A stretch of 64,000 nucleotides of DNA from Parcubacteria bacterium GBS-2 (GTDB lineage: Bacteria > Patescibacteriota > Minisyncoccia > Minisyncoccales > GBS-2): positions 56-64,055 of the forward strand of contig LEKP01000001.1 of assembly GCA_001443025.1 (NCBI GenBank). The letters run 5' to 3'. The notes under the pieces are model-generated. The model ran no database searches. It was not told the DNA's origin and saw nothing but the letters and a program-made list of their open reading frames with translations. Positions 46,745-54,954 of the stretch are shown one piece after another (positions within the stretch are counted from its first letter, which is position 1; the number at the start of each line of letters is the position of its first letter). A program made the translations under genes and the position numbers.

Positions 46745-47779
46745 ATGAAAATTCCAAATTTCAAATCCCAAATTCCAAATTTAAAATTCAAAAAGGGATT
46801 TACCTTAACTGAGGCAATCGTTGCAATTTTTGTTTTTTCTCTTTTGATGGGAGCAATTTCAGCAACGATTTTAATTTTATATCGAACCCATTCTTACGAG
46901 TGGCAACAATCGATTGCTATTGAAGAAGCAAGAAGGGGGATTGAAACGATGGTAAAAGAAATTAGAGAAGCAAGAGAGGGAGAAAACGGAGCTTATCCCA
47001 TAGAATATGCTGGAGATAAAGAATTCGTTTTTTATTCAGATATTGACAACGATGGAAAAACAGAAAGGGTAAGATACTTTTTGGGAAAAATCGAAACTGA
47101 AAATTTTTTTGATGAATGTCAAAGCAACCAAAAAGGGGGATCTTGCTCGGTTAGTTTTTCAAATTTTATTAAAGAAAATGGAAAAGTAATCTCGGCAATT
47201 TTGAAAGTTACAGCTAGGGGAGATCTAGATAGCATCTATGAGTATTTAACGATTTCGGTAAACGGTCAAGAATTGGAAGATAAAATTTGCCAAACAGGAT
47301 GTTCTCAATGTCCCTTGAATTTTGAGGGAATGAAAACTTTCGATATTACTGATTTTGCAAAAACTGGTTCAATTACAATTTTGGCAAAAGCATCTTGCCC
47401 AAACCCCAACAAAGAATCAAGATGCGTCGATGTCATTTGCGATTCAAACACAATTTCTTTTAAAGCAAGGTTTGAACTCTCAATCACTCAAGAAGTTCAA
47501 ACAACTGAATTGAAAAAAGGAGTAATAAAAGCAATAGGAGACCCACCAACTTATCCTTTAGACCAAGAAAAAGTTTCAGTAATTACTTCTTATGTCAGAA
47601 ATTCACCTCCAATTTTTGAATACTTTGATCAAAACGGAAATAAAATTATAGACTATCCAGCAAGATTAAAAGATACTAAAGTAATGAAAGTTTTTTTAGT
47701 GATTAATGTTGATCCAAATCGACCTCCTACTGAATTTCAATTGGAATCTTTTGTGCAATTGAGGAATTTAAAAGAATGA
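46745..47779 (+). CDS. Cys-rich minor pilin/pseudopilin (PilW/GspJ-like position)
   Basis: KFKKGFTLTEAIVAIFVFSLLMGAI prepilin motif. About 10 Cys in the globular part. Confidence 0.7.
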   Translation: MKIPNFKSQIPNLKFKKGFTLTEAIVAIFVFSLLMGAISATILILYRTHSYEWQQSIAIEEARRGIETMVKEIREAREGENGAYPIEYAGDKEFVFYSDIDNDGKTERVRYFLGKIETENFFDECQSNQKGGSCSVSFSNFIKENGKVISAILKVTARGDLDSIYEYLTISVNGQELEDKICQTGCSQCPLNFEGMKTFDITDFAKTGSITILAKASCPNPNKESRCVDVICDSNTISFKARFELSITQEVQTTELKKGVIKAIGDPPTYPLDQEKVSVITSYVRNSPPIFEYFDQNGNKIIDYPARLKDTKVMKVFLVINVDPNRPPTEFQLESFVQLRNLKE

Positions 47780-49278
47780 AAAAAGGGTTTACCACAAGCT
47801 ATGTTTTAGTTTTTGGAATGATTTTTCTAATAATGCTTGCTGGTCTTTTGGGTTTTATTTTAACTCAATTGAAAATTTCAAAACAAAAAATAGCCTGGCA
47901 CGAAGCTTTAAACATTGCAGAAGCTGGCTTGGAATACTACAAATGGTGCATAAACAATAATATCGAAAACTGTTCCACAACCAAAACTTATTATGACCTT
48001 TCTGGAAAAGCAATTGGAAAGTTTGAAATTCAATTTGAAAGCAACCAAAACTGCGGAAAACTCATTTCCCAAAAAATAGTTTCTACGGGTTACACTTTCG
48101 ATTTTCCTAATATAAAAAGAAAAATTGCTACTTTTTACGGCAGAGAATCAGTCGCTAAATATTCTTACATTTTAAACTCCAACGTTTGGGTCGATTCAGA
48201 CCACGTCATTAAAGGACCTTTTCACTCAAACGGAGGAATTAGGTTTGATGGAACGAATTATTCTACGGTTTCTTCTGCCCAATCTAGTTGGGTTTGCACT
48301 TCTTCTTTTGGTTGCGGTCCTCAGGGAGTAGGTTATGGATTGGGGCTTTGTCTTCCAGAGTGCCAAATTATAAACCAAAAATGCATTTGTCCTGGAGTAT
48401 TTTCAACTACCCAAAATTCAAACAGAGATCTCTTTTTATACCCTACTTCTCAATTTGATTTTGCAGGCATTAGCGTAGATTTGGCTCAGGTCAAAAAAAT
48501 TACTAAAGACGATGGATTGGGTTTGTATTTTGGACCCTCTGGCGCTTATGGTTACCACATTTTCATTAACGGCGATTACCTCATTGTCAAAAGAGTGACT
48601 CAAGTTAGAATGATTGACGATCTTTGCACAATAGTGAACGATAAAATAATCTGTCAAGGAGACCCTTGCACTTCAGAATGCACTCGATGCCAATCTGGAA
48701 AATGCATTGTCGAAGAACCAGTTATTAAATCTGAAATAGATCTTGGGACTTTTCAAATCCCTTCAGATTGTGGAGCAATCTTTTTTGAAGACAATCTTTG
48801 GGTAGGAAGCGAAAATCAAACTAGTAGCATAAGAGGAAAAATAACGATTGTTTCTGCCAATTTAACTGGTACCCCTCAAAAGACAAACATTTGGCTCCAA
48901 GGAAGCATCGAATATGCAAGCTCTAGCCAGTTTGATGGTTTGACCATAATTTCCCAAAACAACCTTTTGGTCGGACTTTATTCTCCAAACGTTATGAATT
49001 TGAAGGGAATTTTTGTTGCCCAAAACGGATTTTTTGGAAGGAATTATTATCCTTGTTCTAAATATTCGCCCTATTGCAAAAGAGATTTCTTATCAATTAC
49101 AGGTTCGATCGTTTCTTCAGGAAGGGTTGGAACAAAATGGACTGGTTCTGGAGGACAATTTGTTTCTGGTTATCAAAATCGAGAAACCTATGTTGATTCA
49201 AATTTGCTTTACAATCCTCCAATTTTCACTCCTTTTTTATCTTTTGAATTTAAAATTGTTAAATGGGAAGAACTTTAA
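47776..49278 (+). CDS. Large Cys-rich PilX-like pilus-associated protein
   Basis: MKKGFTTSYVLVFGMIFLIMLAGLLGFIL (pilin-like N-terminus lacking Glu5). More than 20 Cys, e.g. CLPECQIINQKCICPG and CQGDPCTSECTRCQSGKC. Confidence 0.55.
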   Translation: MKKGFTTSYVLVFGMIFLIMLAGLLGFILTQLKISKQKIAWHEALNIAEAGLEYYKWCINNNIENCSTTKTYYDLSGKAIGKFEIQFESNQNCGKLISQKIVSTGYTFDFPNIKRKIATFYGRESVAKYSYILNSNVWVDSDHVIKGPFHSNGGIRFDGTNYSTVSSAQSSWVCTSSFGCGPQGVGYGLGLCLPECQIINQKCICPGVFSTTQNSNRDLFLYPTSQFDFAGISVDLAQVKKITKDDGLGLYFGPSGAYGYHIFINGDYLIVKRVTQVRMIDDLCTIVNDKIICQGDPCTSECTRCQSGKCIVEEPVIKSEIDLGTFQIPSDCGAIFFEDNLWVGSENQTSSIRGKITIVSANLTGTPQKTNIWLQGSIEYASSSQFDGLTIISQNNLLVGLYSPNVMNLKGIFVAQNGFFGRNYYPCSKYSPYCKRDFLSITGSIVSSGRVGTKWTGSGGQFVSGYQNRETYVDSNLLYNPPIFTPFLSFEFKIVKWEEL

Positions 49279-49297
49279 ATTGAGGTATAATTGAAAT

Positions 49298-50383
49298 ATG
49301 GAGTTTTTATCTTTAAAACCAAAAGCTTTTGGATTGGATATTTCTGATTTATCTTTGAAATTTTTGATGTTAGAAAGGAAAAGAAGAAATTTTTCAGTGA
49401 GTTTTTTTGGAGAAAGAGAAATTGAGCCTGGAATAATTGAGGGTGGGGAAATAAAAGAAGAGGAAAAGTTGGTAAAAATACTTAAAGAAGTGGCAAAAAA
49501 AGCAAAAACGAAATATGTTGTAGCTTCTTTACCAGAAGAAAAAGCATTTTTACAGGTTATCAAAATGCCCTTGATGTCAGAAGAAGAATTGAGGTCCGCG
49601 ATTGTCTTTGAGGCAGAAAGTTATGTTCCAATACCAATAAATGAAATCTATCTAGATTGCGATATTGTTCCTTCTTTACAGAACCATTCTAAAAATTTAG
49701 ATGTACTTTTAGCAGTGGTTCCAAAAAAAATAGTTGATTCTTATTTGAGGGTTCTAAAAAACGCTGGATTAACACCAATTATCTTTGAAGTTGAATCTTT
49801 AGCCATTGCAAGAGCTTTAATAAAGGATCAATTTACAAATTATTCTGTTTTGATTATTGACCTGGGGGCGACTAGAACTTCTTTTATTATTTTTGCTGGA
49901 AAATCAGTAAGGTTTACTTGCTCTATTCCAGTCTCTGGAATTCATTTCACTGAACTAATCGCAAAGGCGTTAAACGTGAGTTTTGAAGAAGCAGAAAAAT
50001 TAAAAATCACTCATGGTTTGAAAGAAGGGTTAAAAATTAAACTTGGAGAGCAGACAATAGTTGAAAAAATAAAGGGGAAGACCTTTGAAGCTTTGATCCC
50101 AGGATTAGTTGATTTGGTTCAGCAAATTAAAAGATACCTTGATTATTATCAGGCCCATTGTTCTTCTTTTGATCTTCCTTCCGAAATTGGCAAGGTTAAA
50201 AAGATTATTCTTTCTGGAGGAGGAGCAAATCTTGCTGGTTTGAGTGATTTTCTAGAATTGGAAATAGGGATTCCTGTGGAAATTGGGAATCCTTGGATTA
50301 ATATTGGAGAAACAAAAAATTTCCCAAAAGAAAAGTCATTAGCTTTTACAACCGCAATCGGCCTAGCTCAGCAAGGAATATGA
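49298..50383 (+). CDS. pilM: Type IV pilus assembly protein PilM (actin-like ATPase fold)
   Basis: FGLDISDLSLKFL, IIDLGATRTSF, ILSGGGANLAGL. Confidence 0.85.
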   Translation: MEFLSLKPKAFGLDISDLSLKFLMLERKRRNFSVSFFGEREIEPGIIEGGEIKEEEKLVKILKEVAKKAKTKYVVASLPEEKAFLQVIKMPLMSEEELRSAIVFEAESYVPIPINEIYLDCDIVPSLQNHSKNLDVLLAVVPKKIVDSYLRVLKNAGLTPIIFEVESLAIARALIKDQFTNYSVLIIDLGATRTSFIIFAGKSVRFTCSIPVSGIHFTELIAKALNVSFEEAEKLKITHGLKEGLKIKLGEQTIVEKIKGKTFEALIPGLVDLVQQIKRYLDYYQAHCSSFDLPSEIGKVKKIILSGGGANLAGLSDFLELEIGIPVEIGNPWINIGETKNFPKEKSLAFTTAIGLAQQGI

Positions 50384-50901
50384 TTAATCTATTGCCCCCA
50401 GAACAAATAAAGGAATTAAAAGAACAAGAGAATTTTAAAATTCTTGTGAACATTTTTTTATTAATTTTATTTTTTCTTTTTTCCTTTTTTTTAATTCTGC
50501 TTTCAATTAAATTTTATCTATCTGGTAAGCTAGAATCTCAAAAAATTCTTCTTGAAAAGGGAGAAAGAATTTTAGACTTAGAAAAAGAAAAGAAAATCAA
50601 AAAATACAATGAGATTTTATCCCGAATTGAAAATTTTTACCAAAAAAAGATTTCACTTTTCCCAAAGGCAGAGAATTTTTTTGAAAAAATTCCCCCCGCG
50701 ATTTATTTGAATGAATTTGAACTTAAAATAGATAAAAAAGGAGAAATTTCTTTTTGGGTTTTAGGCTTTTCAAAAACTAGAGAAAACTTTTTAGATTTAA
50801 TAAAAATTTTAAAAGACAATTATAAAGAAGTTTCTTTCCCTCCAGAAATTCTTTTGAAAGAAGCTGAGATAAATTTTTCAATTAGTTTCAAAATAAAATG
50901 A
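50380..50901 (+). CDS. pilN: PilN-like bitopic protein
   Basis: MINLLPPEQ start typical of PilN, single TM. ATGA coupling to pilM. Confidence 0.7.
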   Translation: MINLLPPEQIKELKEQENFKILVNIFLLILFFLFSFFLILLSIKFYLSGKLESQKILLEKGERILDLEKEKKIKKYNEILSRIENFYQKKISLFPKAENFFEKIPPAIYLNEFELKIDKKGEISFWVLGFSKTRENFLDLIKILKDNYKEVSFPPEILLKEAEINFSISFKIK

Positions 50902-51440
50902 GCCCAAAAAGAAAAATAATTTTATCTTCAATTTTCTTTTTAATCTTTTTTCTTTTAATTTTTCTTTTCCTGATTTTCCCAACTTTGAAGGAACTAAAAA
51001 GGATTTCGAGAGAGATTCTTCAAACTAACCTAAAGTTGGAAGAAATTGAAAGACGTCAAGAAGAAATTGAGAAATTCAAAAAACTTCCCTCAGAGATTAA
51101 AGAAAATTTATCAAAATTTGAAAATTTTCTGGTTAATAAAGAGATTCCTATAGATTTTGTTGAATTTTTGGAAAAAATGGCAAAAGATTTAAATATCCAA
51201 AGCCAAATTTCAATTTCAAGTTTCTCAAAAGACAGCATTTCCTTTCAAATTAAAGGGGTAAGTTCTCCAGAAAATGTTTTTAAATTTATTGAGAAGGTTG
51301 AAAATTGTAATTATTTGACCCAAATCGAAAAAATAAGAATCTCTAAACTGACTGAATCTGAATTAAAAAGGGAAGAGTTTAAGGAATTTTCAAAAAACGA
51401 TTTAAAATTTGAAATTTTCTTTTCGGTTTTAACAAAATGA
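50898..51440 (+). CDS. pilO: PilO-like bitopic protein
   Basis: N-terminal TM plus coiled coil, by position after pilN. ATGA coupling. Confidence 0.55.
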   Translation: MSPKRKIILSSIFFLIFFLLIFLFLIFPTLKELKRISREILQTNLKLEEIERRQEEIEKFKKLPSEIKENLSKFENFLVNKEIPIDFVEFLEKMAKDLNIQSQISISSFSKDSISFQIKGVSSPENVFKFIEKVENCNYLTQIEKIRISKLTESELKREEFKEFSKNDLKFEIFFSVLTK

Positions 51441-51718
51441 GAATCAAAATGAGAAAATTAAAAAACTTTGTAAAAAAACTACCAAGAATTTTGGTGGAGA
51501 GATTTATTTTGACTTTACTTTTCCTTTTAATCTTAGCCTTTTCTCTGGGTCTTTTGGTCTTTAAAGTTTCAATCTCATTTAAAGAAAAAAAGTTTCCTAA
51601 GATTGAAACATTTAATGAAAATCTTTATCAGAAGGTATTGGAAAAAATTAGAGAACGAGAAAAGAAATTTGAGGAAATTAACCAAAAAATTTATCTCAAC
51701 CCCTTCGAGGAAAAATAA
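51437..51718 (+). CDS. Small bitopic protein with C-terminal NPF motif (fourth member of the pilMNO unit)
   Basis: 93 aa, one TM, ends ...YLNPFEEK. Counterpart at 61696..61995 ends ...RENPFLPIK. Confidence 0.5.
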   Translation: MRIKMRKLKNFVKKLPRILVERFILTLLFLLILAFSLGLLVFKVSISFKEKKFPKIETFNENLYQKVLEKIREREKKFEEINQKIYLNPFEEK

Positions 51719-51721
51719 AAT

Positions 51722-51795
51722 GGTGGCCGACGCGACTCGAACGCGCAACCACCTGGGCCACAGCCAGGCGCTCTGCCAATTGAGCTACGGCCACC
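51722..51795 (-). tRNA. tRNA-His (anticodon GUG) with encoded G-1
   Basis: Minus strand G(-1)GTGGCCG..CGGCCACC (8-bp acceptor including G-1:C73). Anticodon stem CCTGG/CCAGG, loop CTGTGGC. T-loop TTCGAGT. Confidence 0.9.
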
Positions 51796-51796
51796 G

Positions 51797-51869
51797 TGTC
51801 CCCGCTGGGAGTCGAACCCAGATCTCAGGCTTAGAAGGCCCGTGCTCTATCCATTTGAGCTACGGGGAC
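51797..51869 (-). tRNA. tRNA-Arg (anticodon UCU)
   Basis: GTCCCCG..CGGGGAC plus A73. Anticodon stem CGGGC/GCCTG, loop CTTCTAA. T-arm CTGGG-TTCGACT-CCCAG. 1-nt spacer to tRNA-His. Confidence 0.9.
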
Positions 51870-51874
51870 TTTGA

Positions 51875-51926
51875 CCAGAAAACCAGATAACTAGAAAGCC
51901 AGAAAACTAGCCAACCAGCCAACTAT
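51875..51926 (-). repeat. Octamer array C (minus-strand CTGGTTTT sense), predicted 5' leader of the tRNA-Arg/His operon
   Basis: CCAG/CTAG on the plus strand at 51875, 51883, 51891, 51899, 51907, 51915, 51923 (8-bp phase). Ends 5 nt from the tRNA-Arg 5' end. Confidence 0.85.
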
Positions 51927-51930
51927 ACTA

Positions 51931-51958
51931 ATTTTACCAGAAATTTTTAAAAGATCAA
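51931..51958 (-). promoter_or_regulatory. Candidate promoter of the tRNA-Arg/His operon
   Basis: Minus strand TTGATC (51958-51953), 16 bp, TAAAAT (51936-51931). The predicted TSS near 51924 makes array C the leader. Confidence 0.45.
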
Positions 51959-52999
51959 CTATTTTTTCTCTTCTAATTTTACTTTAAGATGAATTTCCTC
52001 TCCCTTTCCTTCCATCCAACCTCTTAAAATCTTAAATTCAATTTCATCGCCAACTTTGTGCCTTGAAAGAATATCCGCTAAAGTATTATCCTCAGTGATT
52101 TTTTCTCCGTCAGCCTCCAACAAAATATCATCCTCCTTTATTCCAGCTTTTTCTGCAGGAGAATTTTTAACTACAGCTCTTTCGCCAAAACTTTCTCTGG
52201 TTACCAAAGCCCCATAATCTACCGGAAGTTTATAAAGCTTTGCTAAATTTTCATTCAAAATCACATACCTTACTCCCAAAAATGGCCTTCTAATTTTTCC
52301 AAATTTCATTACTTCTTCCAAAATTGGCTTTGCATAGTTTATTGGAATTGCAAAGCCGATGTTTTCTGCCCCCATTACCATCGCAGTGTTAATTCCAATA
52401 ACCTTTCCCTCCATATTCACTAAAGGGCCTCCTGAATTTCCAGGATTGATTGCTGCATCAGTCTGAATTAGACCTCTCAAACTTGTTGCTTTAAAAGGAA
52501 TTCCTCCATAGGCTGTAATTTTTCTGGATAATCCAGAAACTATTCCTGCAGAAATTGTATCTTCAAATTCTCCTAAAGGATTTCCAATTGCCAAAACTTG
52601 CTCTCCCAACTCAACTTTATTTGAATCACCTAATTCCAAATAGGGTAAATTTTTTCCATCGATTTTTAAAACTGCAATATCAACTAAAGGATCTCTTGCC
52701 AAAACTTTTGCTTTAAATTTATTTTTTGGATCCAAAATTACAGTATAATCTGCAATCGGATCTGAAACTACATGGTTGCAAGTTAAAACATAGCCATCTG
52801 GCGAAACTATAAATCCAGATCCCCCTCCAACTTTTGTTTTTTCTTTTTCTTTTTTAAACTTTGGAAAGATGAATTCTTCACCCCAAAGAGGAAACAAATA
52901 AAAACCTTCAATTTTTGGAAGGTCTTTAGTAATAACAATGGTAATTACCCCAGGGCAGACTTTTTTGGCAATTTCGACAAAAGGTCCTTTGTTTGTCAT
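51959..52999 (-). CDS. htrA: HtrA/DegP-family serine protease with PDZ domain
   Basis: GSGFIVSPDGYVLTCNHVV (His), DIAVLKI (Asp), GNSGGPLVN (Ser), C-terminal PDZ (PAEKAGIKEDDILL). Confidence 0.9.
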   Translation of the reverse strand: MTNKGPFVEIAKKVCPGVITIVITKDLPKIEGFYLFPLWGEEFIFPKFKKEKEKTKVGGGSGFIVSPDGYVLTCNHVVSDPIADYTVILDPKNKFKAKVLARDPLVDIAVLKIDGKNLPYLELGDSNKVELGEQVLAIGNPLGEFEDTISAGIVSGLSRKITAYGGIPFKATSLRGLIQTDAAINPGNSGGPLVNMEGKVIGINTAMVMGAENIGFAIPINYAKPILEEVMKFGKIRRPFLGVRYVILNENLAKLYKLPVDYGALVTRESFGERAVVKNSPAEKAGIKEDDILLEADGEKITEDNTLADILSRHKVGDEIEFKILRGWMEGKGEEIHLKVKLEEKK

Positions 53000-53112
53000 G
53001 GATTCATTTTATCATCAATTCCTCTTGTCAACAAGGAGAAAATTGAATAAAATACTTTATCCTCAATTTATAACCCATTTCAGTCAATTGGATAAAGCAA
53101 ACTTGTCCTAGA

Positions 53113-53141
53113 TTGAATTGGTATTTCGCTTGCAGTATAAT
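53113..53141 (+). promoter_or_regulatory. Near-consensus sigma70 promoter with leaderless spacing
   Basis: TTGAAT (53113-53118), 17 bp, TATAAT (53136-53141), 6 nt to ATG 53148. Confidence 0.55.
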
Positions 53142-53147
53142 TGAGTA

Positions 53148-53822
53148 ATGAAAAGGAAGGCGCTTACTAAAGAAGAAATCAAGCGGATAGTTTTTCTTCG
53201 ACAAAGAGGATATAGTCTTCCGGAAATAAGACGAATAACTGGTCACTCAGGTAGCACAGTGTTTAAATATATTCGAGGAGTGAAAATCCTTCCAGAATTC
53301 GAGGAAATATGGAAAAATAAAAGAAAAACTAGCATTGCGCGATCGATTCAGAAATGGCAGGAGGCCCAGCAACGAGCGAGAAAAATTATAGGAAAGTTAA
53401 CCAGAAAGGAAAAAATCCTGATTACAGCATCCCTTTATTGGGCAGAAGGAGCAAAAAGTGATCTAAGTTTTCTCAACAGCGACCCCGCATTGATAAAAGT
53501 TTTTCTAGAAGGTCTTAAAGAGTTGGGAATAAAGAAAGACAAACTGAAAGTGAGTTTACGAATTTACGAAGACTTGAACCGGGAGGAAGTATTAAACTTC
53601 TGGGCAAAAGTTATTGGAATTTCTGAAGACAAGATAAATAGTATTAATATCTTGAAAGGTAGAAAGAAAGGAAAGCTCAAATATGGAATGTGTCGAATAA
53701 GAGTTTCTAAAGGAGGTGATTTATTGAAATTATTACATTCTTTAGCTGATGTTATTAAAGAGAATTTGAATGCCCCCGTAGTTCAACGGATAGAACGGCG
53801 GACTCCTAAGCCGCAGATATAG
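53148..53822 (+). CDS. HTH plus LAGLIDADG-like putative homing-endonuclease-type protein; reading frame terminates inside tRNA-Arg
   Basis: N-terminus LTKEEIKRIVFLRQRGYSLPEIRRITGHSGSTVFKYIRG (HTH). ASLYWAEGAKSDLSFLNSDPALIKVFLEGL (LAGLIDADG-like). YGMCRIRV. Homology to ORF 58004..58315 ends at codon 208; codons 209-224 are tRNA sequence. Confidence 0.45.
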   Translation: MKRKALTKEEIKRIVFLRQRGYSLPEIRRITGHSGSTVFKYIRGVKILPEFEEIWKNKRKTSIARSIQKWQEAQQRARKIIGKLTRKEKILITASLYWAEGAKSDLSFLNSDPALIKVFLEGLKELGIKKDKLKVSLRIYEDLNREEVLNFWAKVIGISEDKINSINILKGRKKGKLKYGMCRIRVSKGGDLLKLLHSLADVIKENLNAPVVQRIERRTPKPQI

Positions 53823-53843
53823 GTTCAATTCCTATCGGGGGCA
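53772..53843 (+). tRNA. tRNA-Arg (anticodon CCU)
   Basis: GCCCCCG..CGGGGGC plus A73. Anticodon loop CTCCTAA (stem GCGGA/GCCGC with an A31-G39 mismatch). T-arm ATAGG-TTCAATT-CCTAT. Confidence 0.8.
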
Positions 53844-53853
53844 CAAGGATTTA

Positions 53854-54303
53854 ATGGAGAACTTATCAATCGAAAAATTCAATCCCCTGAACCTGAACGA
53901 AATTTTAGAAATAGAGAGGAATGCTTTTGAAAAGAAAGAAACCTTTCCTAAAGAGTACTTTTTAGAAGTTTTTAAAAAGTGGCCGGAGGGATTTTTAGTA
54001 GCAAAGATAAATAAAGAAATTGTTGGTTACGCTATTGGCGAAAAAAATGAAAACTCAGGACTGATTATTTCAGTAGCAGTAAAAAAAGAATGGAGGAGAA
54101 AGGGAATAGGAAGAAAATTAATTGAAAAATTATTAGAAAATTTTAAAAAAGAGGGAATGAAAATGATTTTTTTGCACGTTAGAGAGGAAAACAAAGAAGC
54201 GATTAATTTTTATCAGGCATTGGGTTTTAAAATCATAGAATTGGTTGATAATTATTATTCAAATGGAGAAAATGCATATTTGATGGAAAGGACATTGGGC
54301 TAG
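53854..54303 (+). CDS. rimI: GNAT-family N-acetyltransferase (RimI-like)
   Basis: VAVKKEWRRKGIGRKLIEKLL (acetyl-CoA motif A). Starts 10 nt after the tRNA; AAGGA lies 4 nt before the ATG. Confidence 0.8.
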   Translation: MENLSIEKFNPLNLNEILEIERNAFEKKETFPKEYFLEVFKKWPEGFLVAKINKEIVGYAIGEKNENSGLIISVAVKKEWRRKGIGRKLIEKLLENFKKEGMKMIFLHVREENKEAINFYQALGFKIIELVDNYYSNGENAYLMERTLG

Positions 54304-54345
54304 ATGGTTTTCTGATTATCTGGTTGTTTGGTTTTTTTTGGGTTT
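54300..54345 (+). repeat. Octamer array D (degenerate), between rimI and tRNA-Val
   Basis: CTAGATGGTTTTCTGATTATCTGGTTGTTTGGTTTT. NTGG/CTGA at 54304, 54312, 54320, 54328 (8-bp phase). Confidence 0.6.
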
Positions 54346-54370
54346 CTACCCTATGGAGAGCGGAAAGAAA

Positions 54371-54445
54371 GGGCGCGTAGCTCAGTGGTAGAGCGTCCGC
54401 CTTACACGCGGAAGGTCTCAGGTTCAAGTCCTGACGCGCCCACCA
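54371..54445 (+). tRNA. tRNA-Val (anticodon UAC), CCA encoded
   Basis: GGGCGCG..CGCGCCC-A-CCA. Anticodon stem TCCGC/GCGGA, loop CTTACAC. T-arm TCAGG-TTCAAGT-CCTGA. Confidence 0.9.
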
Positions 54446-54455
54446 ATATTAAGGG

Positions 54456-54542
54456 GGCGGGTTGGCAGAATTGGCTAATGCGCCGGTCTTGAAAACCGGT
54501 GGGGAGTTTCTCCCCTTGCAGGTTCGAGTCCTGCACCCGCCG
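54456..54542 (+). tRNA. tRNA-Ser (anticodon UGA), long variable arm
   Basis: GGCGGGT..ACCCGCC plus G73. Anticodon stem CCGGT/ACCGG, loop CTTGAAA. Variable arm GGGGAGTTTCTCCCC. Confidence 0.9.
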
Positions 54543-54549
54543 CAAAAAC

Positions 54550-54954
54550 ATGTTTGTTTTTTTAAAAAAGAAAAAAGAACCAGAGAATTTAAATGATCTT
54601 TTAAGAGAATTCGATCAATTAAAGAAAGAATTTGAAAAAGTTTTGAAAGAACTCGAAAATTTAAAAGAAAAAGAGAAATTCAACATTCAAAAGATTGGAA
54701 TCGTTAGGTTTAATCCATTTGAAGAATTAGGAGGAAATCAAAGCTTTTCAATTGCCCTTTTGGACGGTAAAGATGATGGAGTAGTAATTACCAGTTTATA
54801 TTTAAAAGACGGGAACAGAGTTTTTGCAAAACCGATTAAAGGAGGGAAATCAGATTTTAATCTTTCAAAAGAGGAAATTGAAGCAATTAATTTAGCAAAA
54901 CATGGAAAAGGAAATTCCAAAGCAACCAGTAGTAGTAATTTTAGGTCACATTGA
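54550..54954 (+). CDS. DUF4446-family protein
   Basis: MFVFLKKKK...IGIVRFNPFEELGGNQSFSIALLDGKDDGVVITSLY. Met 54550 is preferred, since the ORF-track start 54499 lies inside tRNA-Ser. 53-nt overlap with infB. Confidence 0.6.
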   Translation: MFVFLKKKKEPENLNDLLREFDQLKKEFEKVLKELENLKEKEKFNIQKIGIVRFNPFEELGGNQSFSIALLDGKDDGVVITSLYLKDGNRVFAKPIKGGKSDFNLSKEEIEAINLAKHGKGNSKATSSSNFRSH

